This document shows, piece by piece, positions 14,301 to 26,300 of a DNA stretch of 64,000 bases. The DNA lies in NCBI GenBank assembly GCA_032718475.1, contig JAUCBJ010006766.1, positions 1-64,000 on the forward strand, written 5' to 3'. Position 1 is the stretch's first letter. Each line of letters begins with the position of its first letter. Below the pieces are notes generated by a model that saw only the letters and a program-made list of their open reading frames with translations, searched no databases and had not been told where the DNA came from. The stretch comes from Nemertoderma westbladi (lineage: Eukaryota > Animalia > Xenacoelomorpha). The position numbers and the translations under genes are program-made.

Positions 14301-17300
14301 CTTTATCGTTGAATTCCACGCGGAATTGTAGACCTGAGTTACTGGCTGGAACATCTGAAAGTTAATTAAATAATCGACACTCGACAGTAAGAATGGGAAA
14401 ATTTTTAGGAAGAAGACAGAAACCCTTTCGCATGCATAATGGGTTTTGTAACAGTCGAGTGCCCATAGATGTGTTATATTATTTAATTTACTACTAGAAA
14501 GCCAGCAAGCTGGCTTTAAACGAACCTGCCCCTCAAACCAGTACCCTGAGTGAGCGAAAATGAAAACACGAAAATTGCCATCAACTCAATGATAGAAACA
14601 CCAGCTGCTGGTACTCCTAGTAAGCTACTACTATTGATTGAATAGATAGGCCCAAACTGCAGAGAAGTATAATTACTTACTAAATTTAATACTCTCTCAC
14701 TCTATCCCAGACAGTAATCAAACATCAACTGTTAGTTTGTATAATGTATTACCCCGCCAACTGAATAGCTCTTCCCAGTGAATCCTATGGGAATATCATT
14801 GTAAGCACTGGCCCGTTCAAATGGTTTATAGGTTGATGATAATGAATGAGGAGGGACCCAACTAACACTACGTTTGTCTATGGACGGTCTCCTTATAGCC
14901 ATCTTGATGGCTTTTCTAGTTGAATCATTCAATTATTCTGCAACTTTAAAGTTGGACTTTAAATTTTCAAAACCGCTATCTTTCAGTGAATCCATGGTTG
15001 AAACGCCACAAAAAATATACAGTCTTGTGCGCAACCAAAATTTATGGAGAGTTTGTTATTAAAATTTTTGCGTACCTACTTAAGTTTTTGAGATATTGGA
15101 TGGATATACATACATACATACATAACCACATCGTGTTTTTGAACGGCTCAACACTTGACAAGAACTACCCTGGCCTATTAATAGGCAGGTTCGTTATAAA
15201 CAATGGGATAAATAAAACCCAACCAAACTGCTTCTTTACAACACACAGTACTTTTTTCAATATTAAATTTAGTACAATTAATCAAATGGATGATACTTAA
15301 GTATTAATGTTACCGCATATTTTGATGAGACAATTGGGAATAACGTCTTTAAAAGGCGTTCTTGATGAAGTCGAATTTCCTAATAGAATGTATTGAGATC
15401 TTGTCTATATTAATTCACCCAAAAGCAAAAAAAAAGCAAACGAATCGAGCTAAAACATTACTAGGCAAACACAAGAAAGTGCCCTCCCAAGGTTGCAGTT
15501 CCCTCCAGGATGGTATTTCACATTCCTCTGTAGAATCTAATTTCAACGATTTATCTAAGCAATCTTCGATCCATGGATCTAAGTTCGCCTATGATCTTCT
15601 GGCGCGCATTCTCCATTTCCGGCATTCTTATATATGGAACTCACGGTATACGGACCTTTCCTCCCTGTACGTTTCGTACCGGACTTTTCATCCCGGAATT
15701 TTCAACCCGGACTTTTCGTCCCCGGAATTATCAACCCGGACTTTTCGTCCCCGGACTTTTCGACCCGGACTTTTCGTGCCTGGGACGAATAGTCCGGGGA
15801 CGAAACGTCCTAGATGCGGAACTCACTCCCGCCGCATGACGTGCTATCCGCAACTATATTATTGTTAACTCGAAGCTGAAATCTTATTTCAATGCGAGTA
15901 CCATGATCCATCTTTATTATAACTTATTATGTTTATATGTTTTTTATGTAAATCTGTGGCTTGATATATGCCAAGAAAAGCGCTACATAAATAATTTTAT
16001 ATTATTATTATCGTTTAGGATCTGAGTTGGCCTCTGGGACAAAGATTCGAGTTTAGGATCTATTTCGGGCCTATAAGGTCATCTAAGATATAAGTTCGCT
16101 CTAAAATGTAAGTTTATCACAATCTCTAAGTTCGTCTACTGTATGAGTCCTAGAAGGCAATCAAGCTGGCTTTAAACGAACCTGTCTTATTGTATTAGAT
16201 TAATAAAATAGAGATAACTAATTATTTCTACCTAATACATTCTCAGTTAGCCTAATAAAAACATCGGAGCAAGCAATATAATGTAGAAGCCTCCTATGGA
16301 AATTGGTGAAATGTTCCATTTAGTCAACCCAACAGCTGTTGGTACCCGGCTGGCACCTTGGTTCAGGTTTCTGGTTTTGTTAGTTTAATCGACAGCTGTT
16401 GTAAACGTCAAAGATAAACAATTATTGATAGTAACAATGTATTGGCAAGCTGTATTTTTCGAGGTGTTTGTTATTATACATTTATTATAGGAAGGGATCT
16501 AGGGGTCTTAACCTCGAATGATAAGTTTTATTTTACCGAAAATAACTTACCTTTTATTGGCGAAATTGTAGGACTAATCCCATCACATGCGTACTTTTTT
16601 AACCGGGTAGTGTACAAATTTAAGAATCGCGTAATTTTTCTTGAAATTAATATCACATATCGCTCCAAACCACGTACGCGTTTCGACCTTACTGGGTCTC
16701 ATCAGCGTGGTGTCTGATTCGAACCTGGGACCTCGAGGTGGAAGCCGAGACTACAACCACTAAAATGGCAGCTGGCTTTGAAATTCGGTCGGTATTGCAT
16801 TCTATCACATCCTCATAGCTCATTCTAGGTGATTCATATCTTGTTATAGCTCAGTATAGGTCGGTATTGCATTCTATCATATCCTCATAGCTCATTCTAG
16901 GTGATTCTTAGGTCATTCAAGATCATTCTAGCTCATTCTAGATCATTCTAGCTCATTCTACTTTTTAGCATGTACCCATATTCTGGAACATTTTGTTTAT
17001 GTATGAATAATACGAATAAATAAAAAAAAATGAAATTTATAGCTACGTAATACAGTACTGTAGTGTAATAATAATAATATTCTGGAACATTTTGTTTATC
17101 CTGTACGTAACTCGGCGACACAATGCAATGGCTCTAGCATTGTGTCGCCGAGTTACGTACAGGATAAACAAAATGTTCCAGAATATTATGTATTTATTAA
17201 ATAGAATAAAATGGCTAGTACTGTATAGGAAGCCAATACACATGCAACATTTTAATGCCAACATATCAGCTATTTCCCAACCAAATTCTAATCATTCTTG

Positions 17301-20300
17301 CACGGCCAGCTTTCTAACAGAACAGTTGATTGGGATTCCATCAGTTTACTGATATTACATTCACTCTATGCTACGGAGAACAAAGTGTAGTTGTGGGTAT
17401 TTAATTTCGCGTTCCATAATGTTGATAATATGCAAATATTTCGAATGTCGCACATCGAACCGTTTCGGACTTCTTTATTCAACAACTAGATATCAATTGA
17501 AGAATAGTTGCATGTACAATTCAATTATCCAATACATGCAAGGGGTTTCAAGTCATTTTGTGGTTATACATACATACACACACCTATACACCCCAACACC
17601 CCTACATACATACTGTACATCGTGTTTTTGCCGGCCTCAGCTTTAGACAAACACTACCCAGTCTAAAAACAGGTTCCTTATAAATTCGCCTAGGGGTCTG
17701 GAATTTCATATACGCCTCGACTTATTTCATTTTGGTTTACGTATAAGTATATAGTAGAAGATATTATTATCATAACGTATTATCATCCGTAACAAAGCCT
17801 ACAGTAATAGGACGATGTCGATTGCTAATGGATAAAAAGATTTGTTGGTAGAAACCAGTGATATATAATCAGTTAATCTTAAAAAAACACAGAATAAAAT
17901 ATTTATTAAAAGTCTCACCTTCAATCAAAGTGTAGAATCCAGTAACTTCTTGTAATTTTGTGAAGGTAATTTCGAAATAAATATCCCTCAAAGGATACTC
18001 TATAACAACGCCGGAACCGGATGTACTCAGATCTGAAGTCAACCCTGATGCCAGTTCAACTTCAGCGTAATCTAACCGATCACAGCAATCCCTTTCGCAT
18101 TCCTCGGGGGGTGGTGTGGGAGGTGGAGTGCCTGGGGGAGGTGTTCCTGGTGGTGGAGTGCCTGGAGGTGGAGTGCCTGGGGGAGGTGTTCCTGGTGGTG
18201 GAGTGCCTGGAGGTGGAGTGCCTGGGGGAGGAGTTCCTGGTGGTGGGGTGCCTGGAGGTGGAGTTCCTGGTGGTGGAGTGCCTGGAGGTGGTGTTCCTGG
18301 TGGTGGGGTGCCTGGAGGTGGTGTGCCTGGGGGAGGTGTTCCTGGTGGTGGAGTGCCTGGGGGAGGAGTTCCTGGTGGTGGAGTGCCTGGAGGTGGTGTT
18401 CCTGGTGGTGGAGTGCCTGGAGGTGGAGTGCCAGGTGGAGGTGTTCCTGGTGGTGGAGTGCCTGGCGGAGGTGTTCCTGGTGGTGGAGTGCCTGGAGGAG
18501 GTGTTCCAGGTGGTGGAGTGCCTGGAGGTGGAGTGCCTGGGGGAGGTGTTCCTGGTGGTGGGGTGCCTGGAGGTGGAGTGCCTGGAGGAGGTGTTCCTGG
18601 TGGTGGGGTGCCTGGAGGTGGAGTTCCTGGTGGTGGAGTGCCTGGAGGTGGTGTTCCTGGTGGTGGGGTGCCTGGAGGTGGTGTGCCTGGGGGAGGTGTT
18701 CCTGGTGGTGGAGTGCCTGGGGGAGGAGTTCCTGGTGGTGGAGTGCCTGGAGGTGGTGTTCCTGGTGGTGGAGTGCCTGGAGGTGGAGTGCCAGGTGGAG
18801 GTGTTCCTGGTGGTGGAGTGCCTGGCGGAGGTGTTCCTGGTGGTGGAGTGCCTGGAGGAGGTGTTCCTGGTGGTGGAGTGCCTGGAGGAGGCGTTCCTGG
18901 TGGTGGAGTGCCTGGGGGAGGTGTTCCTGGTGGTGGGGTGCCTGGAGGTGGAGTGCCTGGAGGAGGTGTTCCTGGTGGTGGGGTGCCTGGAGGAGGTGTT
19001 CCTGGAGGAGGTGTTCCTGGAGGTGGGGTGCCTGGAGGTGGAGTGCCTGGAGGTGGAGTGCCAGGGGGAGGTGTTCCTGGTGGTGGAGTGCCTGGAGGCG
19101 GCGTTCCTGGTGGTGGAGTGCCTGGAGGAGGTGTTCCTGGTGGTGGGGTGCCTGGAGGTGGAGTTCCTGGAGGAGGTGTTCCTGGTGGTGGGGTGCCTGG
19201 AGGAGGTGTTCCTGGTGGTGGAGTGCCTGGAGGAGGCGTTCCTGGTGGTGGAGTGCCTGGAGGAGGTGTTCCTGGTGGTGGGGTGCCTGGAGGTGGAGTG
19301 CCAGGGGGAGGTGTTCCTGGTGGTGGAGTGCCTGGAGGTGGAGTTCCTGGAGGAGGTGTTCCTGGTGGTGGGGTGCCTGGAGGAGGTGTTCCTGGTGGAG
19401 GTGTTCCTGGTGGTGGGGTGCCTGGAGGAGGTGTACCTGGTGGTGGAGTGCCTGGAGGAGGTGTTCCTGGTGGTGGAGTGCCTGGAGGAGGTGTTCCTGG
19501 TGGTGGAGTGCCTGGAGGAGGTGTTCCAGGTGGGGGGGTGCCTGGGGGAGGTGTTCCTGGAGGTGGGGTGCCTGGGGGAGGTGTTCCCGGTGGTGGAGTG
19601 CCTGGTGGAGGTGTTCCTGGTGGTGGAGTGCCTGGAGGTGGTGTTCCTGGTGGTGGAGTGCCTGGAGGAGGTGTTCCAGGTGGAGGTGTTCCTGGTGGTG
19701 GGGTGCCTGGGGGAGGTGTTCCTGGTGGCGGAGGGCCTGGGGGTGGTGTTCCTGGTGGCGGAGTGCCTGGGGGAGGTGTTCCGGGTGGGGGTGTTCCGGG
19801 TGGGGGTGTTCCTGGTGGAGGTGTGCCCGGAGGTGGAGTGCCTGGAGGAGGTGTTCCTGGTGGTGGGGTGCCTGGAGGTGGTGTTCCTGGTGGTGGGGTT
19901 CCTGGAGGAGGTGTTCCTGGTGGAGGTGTTCCTGGGGGTGGGGTGCCTGGAGGAGGTGTTCCTGGTGGAGGAGTGCCTGGAGGAGGTGTTCCTGGTGGTG
20001 GGGTGCCTGGAGGAGGTGTTCCTGGTGGTGGAGTGCCTGGCGGAGGTGTTCCTGGTGGAGGTGTTCCTGGGGGTGGGGTGCCTGGAGGAGGTGTTCCTGG
20101 TGGTGGCGTTCCTGGAGGTGGAGTGCCTGGAGGAGGTGTTCCTGGAGGAGGTGTTCCTGGTGGTGGCGTGCCTGGAGGTGGAGTGCCTGGAGGAGGTGTG
20201 CCTGGTGGTGGAGTGCCTGGAGGAGGTGTTCCTGGCGGTGGAGTCCCTGGAGGTGGTGTGCCTGGAGGAGGCGTTCCTGGTGGTGAAGTGCCTGGAGGAG

Positions 20301-23300
20301 GTGTTCCTGGTGGTGGAGTGCCTGGAGGAGGTGTTCCTGGTGGTGGTGTGCCTGGAGGAGGTGTTCCTGGTGGTGGAGTGCCTGGGGGTGGTGTGCCTGG
20401 AGGAGGCGTCCCTGGTGGTGGAGTGCCTGGAGGAGGTGTTCCGGGTGGTGGAGTGCCTGGAGGAGGTGTTCCTGGTGGAGGTGTTCCTGGTGGTGGCGTG
20501 CCTGGAGGTGGAGTGCCTGGAGGAGGTGTTCCTGGTGGTGGAGTTCCGGGTGGTGGAGTGCCTGGAGGAGGTGTTCCTGGTGGTGGTGTGCCTGGAGGAG
20601 GTGTTCCTGGTGGTGGAGTGCCTGGGGGTGGTGTTCCTGGTGGTGGAGTGCCTGGAGGTGGTGTGCCTGGAGGAGGTGTTCCTGGTGGTGGAGTTCCGGG
20701 TGGTGGAGTGCCTGGAGGTGGTGTGCCTGGTGGTGGTGTTCCTGGGGGTGGAGTGCCTGGAGGAGGTGTTCCTGGTGGTGGAGTGCCTGGAGGAGGTGTT
20801 CCTGGTGGTGGAGTTCCGGGTGGTGGAGTGCCTGGAGGAGGTGTTCCTGGTGGTGGTGTGCCTGGAGGAGGTGTTCCTGGTGGTGGAGTGCCTGGTGGTG
20901 GAGTGCCTGGAGGCGGCGTTCCTGGTGGTGGAGTGCCTGGAGGAGGTGTTCCTGGTGGTGGAGTTCCGGGTGGTGGAGTGCCTGGAGGTGGTGTGCCTGG
21001 TGGTGGCGTTCCTGGAGGTGGAGTGCCTGGAGGTGGTGTGCCTGGAGGAGGTGTTCCTGGTGGAGGTGTTCCTGGTGGTGGCGTGCCTGGAGGAGGTGTT
21101 CCTGGAGGGGGTGTTCCTGGTGGTGGAGTGCCTGGAGGAGGTGTTCCTGGAGGTGGTGTTCCTGGTGGTGGAGTGCCTGGAGGTGGTGTGCCTGGAGGTG
21201 GAGTGCCTGGAGGAGGTGTTCCTGGTGGTGGGGTTCCTGGTGGAGGTGTTCCTGGTGGTGGGGTACCTGGTGGTGGAGTGCCTGGAGGAGGTGTTCCTGG
21301 TGGTGGAGTGCCTGGAGGTGGTGTGCCTGGTGGTGGAGTGCCTGGAGGTGGTGTTCCTGGTGGTGGAGTTCCTGGAGGTGGTGTGCCTGGTGGAGGCGTT
21401 CCTGGTGGTGGTGTGCCTGGAGGAGGTGTTCCTGGTGGTGGAGTGCCTGGGGGAGGTGTGCCTGGAGGCGGCGTTCCTGGTGGTGGAGTGCCTGGAGGAG
21501 GTGTTCCTGGTGGTGGAGTGCCTGGAGGAGGTGTTCCTGGTGGAGGTGTACCTGGTGGTGGCGTGCCTGGAGGTGGAGTGCCTGGAGGAGGTGTGCCTGG
21601 TGGTGGTGTGCCTGGAGGAGGTGTTCCTGGTGGAGGTGTTCCTGGTGGTGGAGTGCCTGGAGGTGGAGTGCCTGGCGGTGGTGTTCCTGGTGGTGGAGTG
21701 CCTGGAGGTGGTGTGCCTGGAGGAGGCGTTCCTGGTGGTGGAGTGCCTGGAGGTGGTGTTCCTGGTGGTGGAGTGCCTGGAGGTGGTGTGCCTGGAGGAG
21801 GTGTTCCTGGTGGTGGAGTGCCTGGAGGTGGTGTTCCTGGTGGTGGAGTGCCTGGAGGAGGTGTTCCTGGTGGTGGAGTCCCTGGAGGTGGTGTTCCTGG
21901 TGGTGGAGTACCTGGAGGAGGTGTTCCTGGTGGTGGTGTGCCTGGAGGAGGTGTTCCTGGTGGTGGAGTGCCTGGGGGTGGAGTGCCTGGAGGAGGTGTT
22001 CCTGGTGGTGGAGTGCCTGGAGGAGGTGTTCCTGGTGGTGGAGTTCCGGGTGGTGGAGTGCCTGGAGGAGGTGTTCCTGGTGGTGGTGTGCCTGGAGGAG
22101 GTGTTCCTGGTGGTGGAGTGCCTGGGGGTGGTGTTCCTGGTGGTGGGGTGCCTGGAGGTGGTGTGCCTGGAGGTGTTCCTGGTGGTGGAGTTCCGGGTGG
22201 TGGAGTGCCTGGAGGTGGTGTGCCTGGTGGTGGCGTTCCTGGGGGTGGAGTGCCTGGAGGAGGTGTTCCTGGTGGTGGAGTGCCTGGAGGAGGTGTTCCT
22301 GGTGGTGGAGTTCCGGGTGGTGGAGTGCCTGGAGGAGGTGTTCCTGGTGGTGGAGTGCCTGGAGGCGGCGTTCCTGGTGGTGGTGTGCCTGGAGGAGGCG
22401 TTCCTGGTGGTGGAGTGCCGGGAGGTGGTGTGCCTGGAGGAGGCGTTCCTGGTGGTGGAGTGCCTGGAGGAGGTGTTCCTGGTGGTGGAGTGCCTGGAGG
22501 AGGTGTTCCTGGTGGTGGTGTGCCTGGAGAAGGTGTTCCTGGTGGTGGGGTACCTGGTGGAGGTGTTCCTGGAGGTGGAGTTCCGGGTGGTGGAGTGCCT
22601 GGAGGAGGTGTGCCTGGAGGAGGTGTTCCTGGTGGTGGGGTTCCTGGAGGTGGAGTGCCTGGAGGAGGTGTGCCTGGTGGTGGAGTGCCTGGAGGTGGTG
22701 TGCCTGGAGGAGGCGTTCCTGGTGGTGGAGTGCCTGGAGGTGGTGTGCCTGGAGGAGGCGTTCCTGGTGGTGGAGTTCCGGGTGGTGGAGTGCCTGGAGG
22801 AGGTGTTCCTGGTGGTGGTGTGCCTGGAGGAGGTGTTCCTGGTGGTGGAGTGCCTGGGGGTGGTGTTCCTGGTGGTGGGGTGCCTGGAGGTGGTGTGCCT
22901 GGAGGAGGTGTTCCTGGTGGTGGAGTTCCGGGTGGTGGAGTGCCTGGAGGTGGTGTGCCTGGTGGTGGCGTTCCTGGAGGTGGAGTGCCTGGAGGAGGTG
23001 TTCCTGGTGGTGGAGTGCCTGGAGGAGGCGTGCCTGGTGGTGGAGTTCCTGGAGGTGGTGTTCCTGGTGGGGGCGTTCCTGGTGGTGGAGTGCCTGGAGG
23101 TGGTGTTCCGGGTGGTGGAGTGCCTGGAGGAGGTGTTCCTGGTGGTGGGGTTCCTGGTGGAGGTGTTCCTGGTGGTGGGGTACCTGGTGGAGGTGTTCCT
23201 GGAGGTGGAGTTCCGGGTGGTGGAGTGCCTGGAGGAGGTGTGCCTGGAGGAGGTGTGCCTGGAGGAGGTGTTCCTGGTGGAGGTGTTCCTGGTGGTGGCG

Positions 23301-26300
23301 TGCCTGGAGGAGGTGTTCCTGGTGGTGGAGTCCCTGGAGGTGGTGTTCCTGGTGGTGGAGTGCCTGGAGGTGGTGTGCCTGGAGGTGGAGTGCCTGGAGG
23401 AGGTGTTCCTGGTGGTGGAGTGCCTGGAGGAGGCGTGCCTGGTGGTGGAGTTCCTGGAGGTGGTGTTCCTGGTGGGGGCGTTCCTGGTGGTGGAGTGCCT
23501 GGAGGTGGTGTTCCGGGTGGTGGAGTGCCTGGAGGAGGTGTTCCTGGTGGTGGGGTTCCTGGTGGAGGTGTTCCTGGTGGTGGGGTACCTGGTGGAGGTG
23601 TTCCTGGAGGTGGAGTTCCGGGTGGTGGAGTGCCTGGAGGAGGTGTGCCCGGAGGAGGTGTGCCTGGAGGAGGCGTTCCTGGTGGTGGAGTGCCTGGAGG
23701 TGGTGTGCCTGGTGGTGGAGTGCCTGGAGGTGGTGTTCCTGGTGGTGGAGTGCCTGGAGGAGGTGTTCCTGGTGGTGGGGTTCCTGGTGGAGGTGTTCCT
23801 GGTGGTGGAGTGCCTGGAGGTGGTGTGCCTGGTGGTGGAGTGCCTGGAGGTGGTGTTCCTGGCGGTGGAGTTCCTGGAGGTGGTGTGCCTGGTGGAGGCG
23901 TTCCTGGTGGTGGAGTGCCTGGAGGAGGTGTTCCTGGTGGTGGAGTGCCTGGAGGTGGTGTTCCTGGTGGTGGAGTGCCTGGAGGAGGTGGTCCTGGTGG
24001 TGGAGTGCCTGGAGGTGGTGTGCCTGGAGGAGGCGTTCCGGGTGGTGGAGTGCCTGGAGGAGGTGTTCCTGGTGGTGGAGTGCCTGGAGGAGGTGTTCCT
24101 GGTGGTGGAGTGCCTGGAGGTGGTGTGCCTGGAGGAGGTGTTCCTGGTGGTGGAGTGCCTGGAGGTGGTGTTCCTGGTGGTGGAGTGCCTGGAGGTGGTG
24201 TGCCTGGAGGAGGTGTTCCTGGTGGTGGTGTGCCTGGAGGAGGTGTTCCTGGTGGTGGAGTGCCTGGAGGAGGTGTTCCTGGTGGTGGAGTGCCTGGAGG
24301 TGGTGTGCCTGGAGGTGGTGTGCCTGGAGGTGGAGTGCCTGGAGGTGGTGTTCCTGGTGGTGGAGTGCCTGGTGGAGGAGTGCCTGGAGGTGGTGTGCCT
24401 GGAGGAGGTGTACCTGGTGGTGGAGTGCCTGGTGGAGGAGTGCCTGGAGGTGGTGTGCCTGGAGGAGGTGTACCTGGTGGTGGAGTGCCTGGAGGTGGTG
24501 TTCCTGGTGGTGGAGTGCCTGGAGGTGGAGTGCCTGGAGGAGGCGTTCCTGGTGGTGGAGTGCCTGGAGGAGGTGTTCCTGGTGGTGGGGTGCCTGGAGG
24601 AGGCGTTCCTGGTGGAGGAGTGCCTGGAGGAGGTGTTCCTGGTGGTGGAGTTCCTGGAGGTGGTGTTCCTGGCGGTGGAGTGCCTGGAGGTGGTGTTCCT
24701 GGTGGAGGTGTTCCTGGTGGAGGTGTTCCTGGTGGAGGTGTTCCTGGTGGTGGAGTGCCTGGAGGAGGTGTTCCTGGTGGTGGAGTTCCTGGAGGTGGTG
24801 TTCCTGGTGGAGGCGTTCCTGGTGGTGGAGTGCCTGGAGGAGGTGTTCCTGGTGGTGGAGTGCCTGGAGGTGGTGTTCCTGGTGGTGGAGTGCCTGGAGG
24901 TGGTGTTCCTGGTGGAGGTGTTCCTGGTGGAGGTGTTCCTGGTGGTGGAGTGCCTGGAGGAGGCGTTCCTGGTGGTGGAGTGCCTGGAGGAGGTGTTCCT
25001 GGTGGTGGAGTGCCTGGTGGAGGTGTTCCTGGTGGTGGAGTTCCTGGAGGTGGTGTGCCTGGTGGAGGCGTTCCTGGTGGTGGAGTGCCTGGAGGAGGTG
25101 TTCCTGGTGGTGGAGTTCCTGGAGGTGGTGTGCCTGGTGGAGGCGTTCCTGGTGGTGGAGTGCCTGGAGGAGGTGTTCCTGGTGGTGGAGTGCCTGGAGG
25201 TGGTGTTCCTGGTGGTGGAGTGCCTGGAGGTGGTGTTCCTGGTGGAGGTGTTCCTGGTGGAGGTGTTCCTGGTGGTGGAGTGCCTGGAGGAGGCGTTCCT
25301 GGTGGTGGAGTGCCTGGAGGAGGTGTTCCTGGTGGTGGAGTGCCTGGAGGTGGTGTTCCTGGTGGTGGAGTGCCTGGTGGAGGTGTTGCTTCAGTAGGCG
25401 GTCCTGTAATAGGTTAGTATTTATTAAATATTTTTGAGTAAAACATTATGTAAAACAAAATGATTTCATTTTTGAACTTATTTATATGAATTATTATTAT
25501 TTAACGTTGGTTACGCGTTGAAGATCGTTTCAACTCTTTATTAATGATTTCTCCCGTAATGAACTACATTAATAATTAATAATATTTAATGCAACTTCCT
25601 AACAATCCCAAAACACCAAAACATAAGTATCTCACCTTGTCCGCACTCGCCAACGACACCAAACGAGATACCAAGACCGGAATTAGGTAACCAATTAGTT
25701 GCTACCACGGCAACCCATCTTGTTTCTACCGGAGTGAATGCTTCCCCTACAAACACGGAATCACCCGTACTGAAAACGGAACCGTCATATTCCTGAAATA
25801 AAATTAATAATAATTCAACAACTTTAAAAACAACAGTTTTATTCATACAACTAACTGTACTGTAATAACTCTAAACTGTAACTTTATTACAACTTATTGG
25901 TGTGTTATTGTTCAGATTAATTAACAAGAATGCATTATAGTACTAGAATTACTAATTAATAAACCTTATTTCAAATATGAGAAAAACTATATTATTGGAA
26001 TTAAAACCAACCTTGTAATCGTAAGGAACTGTGTGGGGCTTTTTGACGTGTCTCATCAACTCGTTACTCTGAAGATTACCATCGGTGTCGTATTCGCTTC
26101 CCTCCTGGTTGTTTTCTAGGGTCTCGGCAAATATAACTCGGTACTTAAAGAATCCGTTGGCAAAGTCTGTCGCATGGTGAAATATTACCAAGCTATTCAC
26201 CTAAAAGGAATCATTTAATGTTCAGCAATTTTTTATGGTTGGTAAGCATTACAAAGTTATTCACATTTAAAAGAAATAGTATGTTTCCATTTACTTTGCA

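Noticed and set aside
18021-25397. 2458-aa and 1894-aa (45944-51628) V/E/L/C-rich + strand ORFs starting at ATG
   Set aside because: They are off-frame shadows of a stop-free repeat. The nucleotide variation is non-synonymous in this frame, and the N-terminus is the antisense of the real exon.
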